From contig CP149973.1 in assembly GCA_029269845.2 (NCBI GenBank), positions 990,001 through 1,022,000 on the forward strand: a stretch of 32,000 nt of DNA, read 5' to 3'. Origin of the DNA: Opitutia bacterium KCR 482. GTDB taxonomy: Bacteria; Verrucomicrobiota; Verrucomicrobiia; Opitutales; Intestinicryptomonadaceae. The stretch's first letter is position 1. Every line of letters starts with the position of its first letter. A program made the position numbers and the translations under genes. Positions 17,810 through 25,139 of the stretch are shown in pieces. The notes below the pieces were generated by a model that was not told where the DNA came from, ran no database searches, and saw only the letters and a program-made list of their open reading frames with translations.

Positions 17810-17858
17810 AAAAAAAACGCTTCGAGCCGTTGCGGGTTCGGAGCGTTTTTGTTTTTTT
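17810..17858. terminator. Bidirectional intrinsic terminator between convergent GH genes
   Basis: AACGCTTCGAGCC (17816-17828) pairs with GGTTCGGAGCGTT (17835-17847). That is 13 bp including two G-U pairs on the plus strand. An A8 run lies upstream and TTTTTGTTTTTTT downstream, so a U-tract is available in both orientations. Confidence 0.75.
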
Positions 17859-17891
17859 GCAAAGCCGAATTTATCGGAACGGGCAAAGCCG

Positions 17892-19748
17892 CTATTTTAC
17901 CGAATCTATCAGTTTGAGGTTCGCCTCGCGCAGGCGTTTTTCGTCGAACTTCACGACCTCGCGGTCGTAGGTCATAATGCCGTTCGTCTCGTTTTCGACG
18001 TCCGTTGTCTGCGTGTAGACCGCCGCGGTGATTCCGAACTTGCGCATGTCAACAAGCATGTCGATAAATTCGCAATACTTGTCCATCATTTCGGCGGTGC
18101 TTTTAAAATTGCTGTATCCCCAAGATTTGCGCTTTGTCCAAGTGTGGTTTTCCACAACGTAGCCCAAGCCGCCGTACTCGCCGATTGCGTTGATTTTCTG
18201 GCATTCGAGCATGAGCATGCGCGGGTGCGGGTAGCTGTGGACGTCGGTCATGTCGCCCTTGTTGCCGATGAAGTTTCCGCCGCTTGCGGCGTTGACAAGG
18301 CGGGTCGGGTCGTACTTTTTCGTCCAGTCGGCGACCTGCGCGGTGTTCATCTGCCCCCAGCCCTCGTTGAACGGAACCCAGAACACGACAGACGGGCTTG
18401 ACCAGAGAAAATCTATCATTTCCCGATATTCCTTCATGAACGTGTCGAACGCCTTTTGCGAAAATTCGCCCGTGTCCTTTTCGAGGTATCGCGCGAACGC
18501 CCACGGAGTGCGGACGTTGCCGTCCTTGCCGCAGGGCATGTCCTGCCAAACGAGAATGCCGAGCCTGTCGCAGTGGTAGTACCATCGGGCGGGTTCAACC
18601 TTGATGTGCTTGCGAATCATGTTGAAGCCCCACGCCTTGGTCTTTTCGATGTCGTATTTCAGGGCTTCGTCGGACGGCGCGGTGTAGAGGCCGTCGGGCC
18701 ACCAGCCCTGGTCGAGCGGGCCGAAGTTGTAGACGGGCTTGCCGTTGAGCGTCATTACGTCCTTCGAACGCTTCGGGTGCTCGTCTTTCGTCAGCGACTG
18801 GCGCGAAACTTTGCGCATTGCGGCATATCCCGAAACTTCGTCAACCTGCTTGCCCGCGTCGAAAAGCTTTACCTTTGTACCGTAGAGGTGCGGAGAGTCG
18901 GGCGACCACAACTTGGGATTTTTGATTTCGAAATACGCCTTTGCGTTCGCCGCCGCCTTTGCGGTTGCGACGGTCTTTCCGCCGTCGGAAAGCTCGGCGA
19001 CAAACTCCGTGCCCGCGGGCGCGAAAACTTCAACCGCCATGCGCGACTTGTCTACGTCGGGCGTGTATTTCACCGACGCCACATGCTTTGCGCCGACAGG
19101 TTCGAGCCACACCGTCTGCCAAATGCCGCTAACGGCCGTGTAGAAACAGCCCTTCGGATTGAGCGACTGCTTGCCGCGCGGCTGGAAGCATTTTTCCATG
19201 TCGTCGGTCGGGTCGACAACCTTCACGCGCAGAATGTTTTTGCCCGACTTCAACGCCTTTGTGATGTCGAGCGAAAACGGCGTGTAGCCGCCCGAATGCG
19301 AGCCGACGTGTTCGCCGTTTACCCACACATCGCAGGAGTGGTCCACCGCGCCGAAATTCAGAAGCACGTTTTTGCCGCTCCACGACGCGGGAAGCTCGAA
19401 GTCGCGCTCATACCAAAGGGCATCGGAAGCCGTGAACTTTTTGCCCACACCCGACAACGCCGACTCTACCGCAAACGGCACGAGGATTTCGCCGTCGAAC
19501 TTTGCGCATTCGGCGTCTATCGGCGTGATTGCATAACGCCAAAGGCCGTTGAGGTTCTTCCATTCCGAACGCTCCATCTGCGGACGCGGATACTCCGGCA
19601 ATACGTTGTTTACGTCGATATTCCGTCCCCACTTCGTCATAAGCTGGCCGCCGACAGGCGCCCACGCCGCATTCAAAGACGATACCGCCGATACAAACGC
19701 AAACGCCGCCAGTACCGACCCTACATTCCTGATTCTTGTTCTTCCCAT
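17892..19748 (-). CDS. Secreted glycoside hydrolase family 2 enzyme (beta-galactosidase / beta-glucuronidase-like)
   Basis: I trimmed the ORF to the ATG at 19748 (MGRTRIRNVGSVLAAFAFVSAVSSLNA, a signal peptide). The track start at 19790 is a TTG. The N-terminal sugar-binding domain has GH2-type motifs (WYERDFELP, LNFGAVDHSCDVWVNGEHVGSHSGGYTPF). The TIM barrel contains FNEGWGQ. Confidence 0.8.
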   Translation of the reverse strand: MGRTRIRNVGSVLAAFAFVSAVSSLNAAWAPVGGQLMTKWGRNIDVNNVLPEYPRPQMERSEWKNLNGLWRYAITPIDAECAKFDGEILVPFAVESALSGVGKKFTASDALWYERDFELPASWSGKNVLLNFGAVDHSCDVWVNGEHVGSHSGGYTPFSLDITKALKSGKNILRVKVVDPTDDMEKCFQPRGKQSLNPKGCFYTAVSGIWQTVWLEPVGAKHVASVKYTPDVDKSRMAVEVFAPAGTEFVAELSDGGKTVATAKAAANAKAYFEIKNPKLWSPDSPHLYGTKVKLFDAGKQVDEVSGYAAMRKVSRQSLTKDEHPKRSKDVMTLNGKPVYNFGPLDQGWWPDGLYTAPSDEALKYDIEKTKAWGFNMIRKHIKVEPARWYYHCDRLGILVWQDMPCGKDGNVRTPWAFARYLEKDTGEFSQKAFDTFMKEYREMIDFLWSSPSVVFWVPFNEGWGQMNTAQVADWTKKYDPTRLVNAASGGNFIGNKGDMTDVHSYPHPRMLMLECQKINAIGEYGGLGYVVENHTWTKRKSWGYSNFKSTAEMMDKYCEFIDMLVDMRKFGITAAVYTQTTDVENETNGIMTYDREVVKFDEKRLREANLKLIDSVK

Positions 19749-19841
19749 ATAATATGTGATGTGATTTGTAATAATAATACCCCCCCTCAAACGTCTGAGG
19801 AGCTAAAAACAACCAAAACAAAACCCCAACCCAAACACAAG

Positions 19842-19867
19842 AAAAAAAAGTGCGCGAGTCGCGCCAC
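19842..19867 (-). terminator. Intrinsic terminator (candidate attenuator) about 95 nt upstream of the GH2 start
   Basis: The minus strand reads GTGGCGCG-ACT-CGCGCAC, a 7-bp stem with one bulged G and a 3-nt loop (complement of 19850-19867). T8 follows directly (complement of 19842-19849). Confidence 0.6.
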
Positions 19868-20036
19868 CCGAAACTTGGGGGCTTGCGCCCCCAGGGGTGG
19901 ATTTCGCGTTGCGAAATTCTACACCCACTCCCCCAAGGCTGGGCGCGAGCCGCGGGCGCAAGGTGCGCCTCCCTACGGAGCTTCGGCAGGCTGCAGCCTG
20001 CACGGCAACGGAACTTCGTTCCTTCTGTTATTATTC

Positions 20037-20060
20037 GGCGCGGGTATACCCGCGCCTTTT
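20037..20060 (+). terminator. Terminator-like hairpin oriented on the plus strand
   Basis: GGCGCGGG-TATA-CCCGCGCC (8 bp, 20037-20056) is followed by TTTT on the plus strand only. The minus strand reads GAATAATAA after the stem. No plus-strand gene lies upstream, so its role is unclear. Confidence 0.35.
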
Positions 20061-20156
20061 CTGGATTAGTCCGAATTGCCTGCGGCAATTACTGGCGTTT
20101 GGAAAATGCAATATTTTGAAAAGAAACAAATAAAAATAGACGCGCTTTGCGCGGAT

Positions 20157-20193
20157 AAAAAAAAGCGGGAATCCCCAAACACGGATTCTCCGC
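20157..20193 (-). terminator. Strong intrinsic terminator closing the ahcY 3' region after the repeat pair
   Basis: The minus strand reads GCGG(A)GAATCC-GTGTTTGG-GGATTCCCGC, a 10-bp stem with one bulge (complement of 20165-20193). T8 follows (complement of 20157-20164). Confidence 0.8.
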
Positions 20194-20204
20194 TTACCGC
20201 TTCA

Positions 20205-20342
20205 CTCAACTTTTCTCCCAGAGCACTCTAAAAATCTTCCGCGCTCCGCGCTGTAATATTAGGCGCGTTAGAGTGCCGTTCAGGCGGTGGCTTTCACGCG
20301 CTTGCGGGGTGCGTGGCGTACTTTCGTACGCGAGCAATCCGC
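20205..20342. repeat. Structured repeat unit, copy A (lacks the head segment)
   Basis: Copy A is near-identical to copy C. The stretch 20265-20322 equals 27924-27981, 58/58 nt. It has two hairpin domains:
- 20223-20231 pairs with 20268-20276 (GCACTCTAA/TTAGAGTGC).
- 20298-20307 pairs with 20339-20348, enclosing TGC/GCA and the apical hairpin GCGTAC-TTTC-GTACGC (20316-20331). Confidence 0.85.
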
Positions 20343-20553
20343 AAACAAAAGTCGGCTCGCAAACCCAACAACCCCACTTTTATCCCAACGCAACCTAAAA
20401 AACTTCGTGCGCCAGCACTCACTATTTAGGCGCGTCAAAGTGCTTTCATAAGGGTGGCTTTCCTGTGCACGCAGGGCGCGTGGCGTACTTTCGTACGCGA
20501 GCGGTCTGGGTGCACAGGGAAACGCCCTTAGGGAAGTGCTTTCACGCGCCGTC
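20343..20553. repeat. Structured repeat unit, copy B (diverged, full length); it begins at the last base of the ahcY stop codon
   Basis: Copy B aligns with copies A and C over the tail AAACAAAAGTCGGCT, CTTTTATC, TAGGCGCGT, GGTGGCTTTC, and CGTGGCGTACTTTCGTACGCGAGC. The long hairpin arms are replaced by different but complementary sequence: 20459-20470 TTTCCTGTGCAC pairs with 20510-20521 GTGCACAGGGAA. The head ACGCGCCGTC (20544-20553) is shared with copy C (28036-28045). Confidence 0.8.
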
Positions 20554-21962
20554 TAATAGCGATAGTGAGAGGGTTTATATGGCCCGTCTACGGAGACGCC
20601 GATGTAGTCCGCCTGCTTTTGCGTAAGCTTCGTCAGCTTTGCGCCGAGCTTTTCCAAGTGGAGTCTTGCAACTTCTTCGTCCAAGCGCTTCGGCAGAATG
20701 TAGACTTTGTTTTCGTACTTGTCGCGGTTCGCCCACAAATCCATCTGCGCAAGCGTCTGGTTCGAGAACGAGTTGCTCATCACAAAAGACGGGTGCCCCG
20801 TGGCGCAACCGAGGTTTACCAAGCGACCCTCCGCAAGGAGGAAAATCGAGCGTCCGTCGGGGAACGTGTACTTGTCCACCTGCGGCTTGATGTTCGTCCG
20901 CTTGATGTTCGGATACGCCTGCAATTTCGCGACCTGAATTTCGCTGTCGAAGTGCCCGATATTGCAGAGTATCGCCTGATCCTTCATGTTTTTCATGTGG
21001 TCGATTGTGATGATGTCGCAATTACCGGTGGTGGTTACGTAGATGTCGGCGAGCGGCAGGGCGTCTTCGACGGTTACGACGCGGTAGCCCTCCATAGCCG
21101 CTTGGAGCGCGCAAATGGGGTCTATTTCGGAGACGAAAATCGTAGCTCCCAAGCCCTTCAACGCCTGAACGCAACCTTTGCCGACGTCGCCGTAGCCGCA
21201 GACGAGGGCGACTTTGCCCGCAATCATCACGTCGGTTGCGCGTTTGATGCCGTCTACGAGAGACTCGCGGCAGCCGTAGATGTTGTCGAATTTGCTTTTC
21301 GTTACGGAGTCGTTAACGTTGATTGCGGGAACGAGAAGCCGCTTGTCCTCCACCATCTGGTAGAGGCGGTGGACGCCCGTCGTGGTCTCTTCGGAGACGC
21401 CCTTCAATTCGGCGACGACGTTGTGCCAGTGGTTTTTGTCCTGCGCGTAGACGCGTTTGAGGAGGTCCTTGATTACCTGCTCCTCGTGCGAATCGGAGGG
21501 AGAGTCAACCCACTTGTCGCCGTTTTCAAGCTCGTAGCCGCGGTGGATAAGCAAAGTCGCGTCGCCGCCGTCGTCTACGATAAGCTGCGGGCCTTTGCCG
21601 TTCGGCCAAGTGAGGGCGCGGTAGGTGCAGTCCCAATATTCTTCGAGGGTTTCGCCCTTCCAAGCGAAGACGGGAACGCCCGCCGCCGCGATTGCCGCCG
21701 CAGCGTGGTCCTGCGTGGAGAAGATGTTGCAGCTTGCCCAGCGGACGTCCGCGCCGAGGGCTTTGAGCGTTTCGATGAGAACCGCCGTCTGGATTGTCAT
21801 GTGGAGCGAGCCGCTTATCCTCACGCCGTCGAGCGGCTTTTTGGGCGCGTACTTTTCGCGGATTGCGATAAGCCCCGGCATTTCGTATTCGGCGATGTCG
21901 AGCTCTTTTCTGCCCCACGACGCGAGGTTGATGTCTGCTATTTTATATTCCTGTTCTTTCAT
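20553..21962 (-). CDS. ahcY: Adenosylhomocysteinase (S-adenosyl-L-homocysteine hydrolase)
   Basis: The protein begins ...[26 protein letters not shown], has the NAD-binding GYGDVGKG motif, and ends in the canonical ...[11 protein letters not shown] chose the start ATG at 21962 (MKEQEYK). An upstream in-frame ATG at 21995 would add 11 aa across an AT-rich tandem 10-mer that looks non-coding. Confidence 0.93.
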   Translation of the reverse strand: MKEQEYKIADINLASWGRKELDIAEYEMPGLIAIREKYAPKKPLDGVRISGSLHMTIQTAVLIETLKALGADVRWASCNIFSTQDHAAAAIAAAGVPVFAWKGETLEEYWDCTYRALTWPNGKGPQLIVDDGGDATLLIHRGYELENGDKWVDSPSDSHEEQVIKDLLKRVYAQDKNHWHNVVAELKGVSEETTTGVHRLYQMVEDKRLLVPAINVNDSVTKSKFDNIYGCRESLVDGIKRATDVMIAGKVALVCGYGDVGKGCVQALKGLGATIFVSEIDPICALQAAMEGYRVVTVEDALPLADIYVTTTGNCDIITIDHMKNMKDQAILCNIGHFDSEIQVAKLQAYPNIKRTNIKPQVDKYTFPDGRSIFLLAEGRLVNLGCATGHPSFVMSNSFSNQTLAQMDLWANRDKYENKVYILPKRLDEEVARLHLEKLGAKLTKLTQKQADYIGVSVDGPYKPSHYRY

Positions 21963-21982
21963 AAATTTTGCAAAATTTTGCA
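21963..21982. repeat. Tandem 10-nt direct repeat immediately upstream of the ahcY start
   Basis: AAATTTTGCA occurs twice (21963-21972 and 21973-21982). On the minus strand this reads TGCAAAATTT TGCAAAATTT ATG. Confidence 0.6.
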
Positions 21983-22042
21983 GTTGGCATGCCATTTAGC
22001 ACAGAAATTTCCGCAAATACGGTGAATTTCCGCGCAGGTTTC

Positions 22043-22071
22043 AATACAAAATGCGCGGCGATAACGCCGCG
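22043..22071 (-). terminator. Probable intrinsic terminator after metK
   Basis: The minus strand reads CGCGGCG-TTAT-CGCCGCG, a 7-bp GC stem (complement of 22054-22071), followed by CATTTTGTATT. It lies 43 nt downstream of the metK stop. The U-tract is only moderate. Confidence 0.5.
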
Positions 22072-22113
22072 TCATTGTCCCAAATATTTTCGAAAACGGG
22101 TGGAAAGCCGAAA

Positions 22114-23286
22114 CTATTTTGCGGCTGCGGCTTTGAGCGCGTCCGCCTTATCGGTCTTTTCCCACGGCAAATCGGACTTCGTGAAGTGCCCGTAGTTCGT
22201 CGTCTTCTTGTAAATCGGGCGGAGCAAATCGAGCTGCTTTACGATGTCGGCGGGTTTGAAGCTGAACACCTTGCGGACGGCCTTTTCGATTTTCTCTTCG
22301 GGGACTTTGCCCGTGCCGAAAGTGTCTATTGCAATGCTAAGCGGCTGGGGATAGCCGATTGCGTACGCGACCTGAATTTCGCACTTGTCGGCAAGCTTCG
22401 CCGCAACGATGTTCTTTGCGACCCAGCGGCACATGTACGCCGCAGAGCGGTCGACCTTGCTGGGGTCTTTGCCGGAGAACGCGCCGCCGCCGTGGCGTCC
22501 GTAGCCGCCGTAGGAGTCTACGATGATTTTGCGCCCCGTAAGCCCGGAGTCGCCCTGAGGCCCGCCGACCACGAAGTTGCCCGTCGGGTTGACGAGGAAC
22601 TTTGTGTTCTTTGTGAGGAGCTTTTTGGGCAGAACCTTTTTGACGACCTTTTCGACAATGTAGTTTTTTATGGTCTTGTGGTCTACGCCCGCGGCGTGCT
22701 GGGTGGAAACGACGACGTTTTCGATGTACGCGGGCTTGCCGTTTTCGTAGGCAACCGCGACCTGGCTTTTGCAGTCGGGGCGCAGCCATTTCGGGCCTTT
22801 GCCGCTCTTGCGCTGTTTTGCAAGCTCCGTCAAAATTCTGTGGGCGAACATAATCGCCGCGGGCATGTATTCGGGCGTTTCGTTTGTGGCGTAGCCGAAC
22901 ATGATGCCCTGGTCGCCCGCGCCCTGTTCCGCAGTTTCCTTGCCCTTCGCCTTGCGGGCGTCTACGCCCTGCGCGATGTCGGGCGACTGTTTGGTAAGGA
23001 GGTTTGTGAGGAAGATTTTGTCGGCGTGGAAAACGTCGTCGTCGTTCGTGTAGCCGATTTCCTCAATCGCCTTGCGGACGATTTTCTCGTAGTCGAGCTT
23101 CGCCTTCGTCGTGATTTCGCCTGCGATGACAACGCAGTTGCTCTTTACGAGCGTTTCGCACGCGACGCGGCTGAATTTGTCCTGTTCGAGACACGCGTCG
23201 AGAACGCTGTCGGAGATATAGTCGGCAACTTTGTCGGGGTGGCCTTCGCCAACCGACTCGGACGAGAATACGAATTTGTCTATCAT
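22114..23286 (-). CDS. metK: S-adenosylmethionine synthetase
   Basis: I trimmed the ORF to the ATG at 23286 ([26 protein letters not shown]...). It contains [12 protein letters not shown] and [19 protein letters not shown]. Length is about 390 aa. Confidence 0.95.
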   Translation of the reverse strand: MIDKFVFSSESVGEGHPDKVADYISDSVLDACLEQDKFSRVACETLVKSNCVVIAGEITTKAKLDYEKIVRKAIEEIGYTNDDDVFHADKIFLTNLLTKQSPDIAQGVDARKAKGKETAEQGAGDQGIMFGYATNETPEYMPAAIMFAHRILTELAKQRKSGKGPKWLRPDCKSQVAVAYENGKPAYIENVVVSTQHAAGVDHKTIKNYIVEKVVKKVLPKKLLTKNTKFLVNPTGNFVVGGPQGDSGLTGRKIIVDSYGGYGRHGGGAFSGKDPSKVDRSAAYMCRWVAKNIVAAKLADKCEIQVAYAIGYPQPLSIAIDTFGTGKVPEEKIEKAVRKVFSFKPADIVKQLDLLRPIYKKTTNYGHFTKSDLPWEKTDKADALKAAAAK

Positions 23287-23332
23287 AAAATTCAAGTTAG
23301 GGTTAAGGGATTCTTGGTTCAAGTAAAATCGC

Positions 23333-24853
23333 TTAGTAGGACTTTGCGAATATCGCGCGGTATTTTGCGGGACGCCCCGTGAATATGCACTTTCCGCCCT
23401 TCGGCTCGCCGCCTTCAAGCGGAATGCAGCGCACGGTCACGCGCAAATCCTTTCTGAGCATGTCCTCGACCTCTTCGCTGCCGTCGTATTCGGCGACGGC
23501 AAAGCCGCCGTGGATTTCGGGCTTCTTTTCGTTCTTCGGGGTGAAGTACGCATAGAAGTCCTCCTTCGAGGAAATTTCGACGGTGTTTTCGTCGCGGTAT
23601 TTCTTTGCGCGGGCGAAGAGGTTGTCCTGTATCGACTGCAAGATTTCGGCGATTGTTCCGACGAACTCGGAGCGTGCAATGGCCTTTTTCTCGCCCGTAT
23701 CGCGGCGGGCGACGAACAGCGAATCCGACGCGATGTCGCGCGGGCCGACTTCGACCCTGAGAGGAACGCCCTTCTTGACCCAGCCCCACATTTTTTCGCC
23801 GCCGCGCAGGTCTCGGGCGTCGACGGAGACTTTGACGGGAAGCCCGCAGAATGTCTTTTCTTCAAGCTCCTTTTTGAGGCTGTCGCAGTAGGCGAGCACG
23901 TTGGCGCGTTCCTCCTCCTTGTGGAGAACGGGGAGAACCACGACATGCAGGGGCGCGAGCCTCGGCGGCAGAACAAGCCCGTCGTCGTCTGAGTGCGTCA
24001 TGACCATGCCGCCGATAAGGCGCGTCGAGACGCCCCAGCTTGTCGTCCACGCGTATTCCTGCGCGCCCGACTCGGAGAGGTATTTGATGTTGCTCGACTT
24101 CGCAAAATTCTGCCCCAAGAAGTGGGAAGTGCCCGCCTGCAACGCCTTTCTGTCCTGCATCATGGCCTCGATGCAATATGTATCGACAGCTCCGGGGAAT
24201 TTCTCGCCCTCGGTTTTGCGCCCGCAAATTACGGGGACCGCCATGTAGTCTTGCGCGAAAGTTTCGTAGACGCGGAGCATTTTCTTTGTCTCGATTTCCG
24301 CTTCCCCGCGCGTGGCGTGCGCGGTGTGCCCCTCCTGCCAGAGGAATTCGGCGGTGCGGAGAAAAAGGCGCGTGCGCATTTCCCACCTTACGACGTTCGC
24401 CCACTGGTTGACCAAAATGGGGAGGTCGCGGTAGGACTGAACCCAGCGCGAATACATTTCGCCGATGATTGTTTCGGAAGTCGGGCGGACGACGAGCGGT
24501 TCTTCGAGCGGAGAGGCGGGAACGAGCTTCCCGTCGGGCCCCGCTTCGAGGCGCGAGTGGGTTACAACCGCGCATTCCTTGGCAAAGCCCTCGACATGCT
24601 CCGCCTCCTTTTCGAGGTAGCTTACGGGAATGAAGAGCGGGAAGTACGCGTTTGTGTGCCCCGTGTCCTTGAACATTTTGTCGAGGCCGTGCTGCATGTT
24701 TTCCCAAAGCGAGTACCCCCACGGTTTGATGACCATGCAACCGCGAACGGGGCTGTTTTCAGCCAAGTCCGCCGCCTTGATTACCTGTTGATACCATTCG
24801 GGATAGTCCTGAGCGCGCGTCGGCTCAATCGCCGTTCTTTTTTCTTTTGCCAT
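23333..24853 (-). CDS. proS: Proline--tRNA ligase (short, archaeal/eukaryote-like class II type)
   Basis: I trimmed the ORF to the ATG at 24853 ([47 protein letters not shown]...). Length is about 506 aa, with no bacterial INS editing insertion. The C-terminus is ...YRAIFAKSY. Confidence 0.9.
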   Translation of the reverse strand: MAKEKRTAIEPTRAQDYPEWYQQVIKAADLAENSPVRGCMVIKPWGYSLWENMQHGLDKMFKDTGHTNAYFPLFIPVSYLEKEAEHVEGFAKECAVVTHSRLEAGPDGKLVPASPLEEPLVVRPTSETIIGEMYSRWVQSYRDLPILVNQWANVVRWEMRTRLFLRTAEFLWQEGHTAHATRGEAEIETKKMLRVYETFAQDYMAVPVICGRKTEGEKFPGAVDTYCIEAMMQDRKALQAGTSHFLGQNFAKSSNIKYLSESGAQEYAWTTSWGVSTRLIGGMVMTHSDDDGLVLPPRLAPLHVVVLPVLHKEEERANVLAYCDSLKKELEEKTFCGLPVKVSVDARDLRGGEKMWGWVKKGVPLRVEVGPRDIASDSLFVARRDTGEKKAIARSEFVGTIAEILQSIQDNLFARAKKYRDENTVEISSKEDFYAYFTPKNEKKPEIHGGFAVAEYDGSEEVEDMLRKDLRVTVRCIPLEGGEPKGGKCIFTGRPAKYRAIFAKSY

Positions 24854-25085
24854 AGTAAAATAAATAAATACGGCGTCATTCTGCCCCCATTCCGCCGCGA
24901 CTTCAAGTTTTAAATGCGCCATTGCGCCGCGTTTCGGAGCATGCGCGTTCCGAAAAACACAAAAAAAGATGCCGCCGCAGCCGAAGCTCCGACGACACCC
25001 AACACACATGAGAAATTCGATTTAAATTATGTGAGCAATCAAAAGAAACATTTGAGAAAAGTCAATACTTTTTTGTAAAAAATTT

Positions 25086-25103
25086 CCGAAAAAATTTTTT
25101 CGG
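25086..25103. promoter_or_regulatory. Perfect 18-nt palindrome (candidate operator) upstream of dinB
   Basis: CCGAAAAAATTTTTTCGG lies at 25086-25103 and ends 36 nt before the dinB ATG. It follows a possible TTGAGA-N18-TAAAAA promoter-like stretch (25052-25081). A regulatory role is inference. Confidence 0.35.
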
Positions 25104-25139
25104 CCATTTTTTGTGGACGCAAGCGCATAAATACCGAAT

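Larger units (their letters stand above)
19842..20062 (-). promoter_or_regulatory. Highly structured leader or ncRNA region with alternative helices upstream of the GH2 gene
   Basis: Perfect local hairpins are present:
- 19876-19893: 7 bp; the loop reads GCAA on the minus strand.
- 19901-19917: 7 bp.
- 19989-20004: GCAGGC/GCCTGC.
- 20010-20022: GGAAC/GTTCC.
- 20037-20056: 8 bp.

There are also competing long-range pairings. 19864-19869 pairs with 19895-19900, while 19895-19899 can instead pair with 19922-19926. 19874-19881 pairs with 19930-19937. The terminator 5' arm (19860-19867) shares bases with 19864-19869. The strand call rests on the GNRA loop, the T8 terminator and the orientation of the flanking genes. 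Confidence 0.45.

Noticed and set aside
19842-20062. The structured block as a known housekeeping RNA (RNase P RNA, SRP/4.5S, tmRNA or 6S).
   Set aside because: I could not find the RNase P GAGGAAAGUCC-type core, the SRP domain IV GGAAG/AGCAGC motif, or the tmRNA tag-ORF and CCA-end features on either strand. 6S cannot be excluded by eye, but the terminator/antiterminator overlap fits a cis-leader better.
19803-20133. Small ORFs inside the 800-nt GH2-ahcY spacer (19803..20003 on the minus strand, 19850..20119 and 19897..20133 on the plus strand) as toxin or peptide genes.
   Set aside because: They have no Shine-Dalgarno sequence, their composition is implausible, and they run straight through perfect RNA hairpins. 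The region is better explained as structured non-coding RNA.
20205-20553. The tandem repeats as a CRISPR array.
   Set aside because: The units are about 140-210 nt and directly abut each other with no short unique spacers. The copies are diverged, and no cas genes lie in the window.
20205-20553. The repeats as integron attC sites. They lie just after stop codons, and the minus-strand tails read GTTGAGT or GTTGGGT, which fits GTTRRRY.
   Set aside because: - I found no matching RYYYAAC inverse core at the other end.
- The flanking genes are essential housekeeping genes, not cassettes.
- There is no intI.
- The units are tandem and far longer or more complex than attC.
23287-23332. A SAM riboswitch upstream of metK, and a T-box upstream of proS or cysS.
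   Set aside because: The proS-metK spacer is only 46 nt, and the hemB-cysS spacer only 41 nt. The proS leader (24854-25139) lacks a T-box sequence or a specifier-like architecture that I can see.
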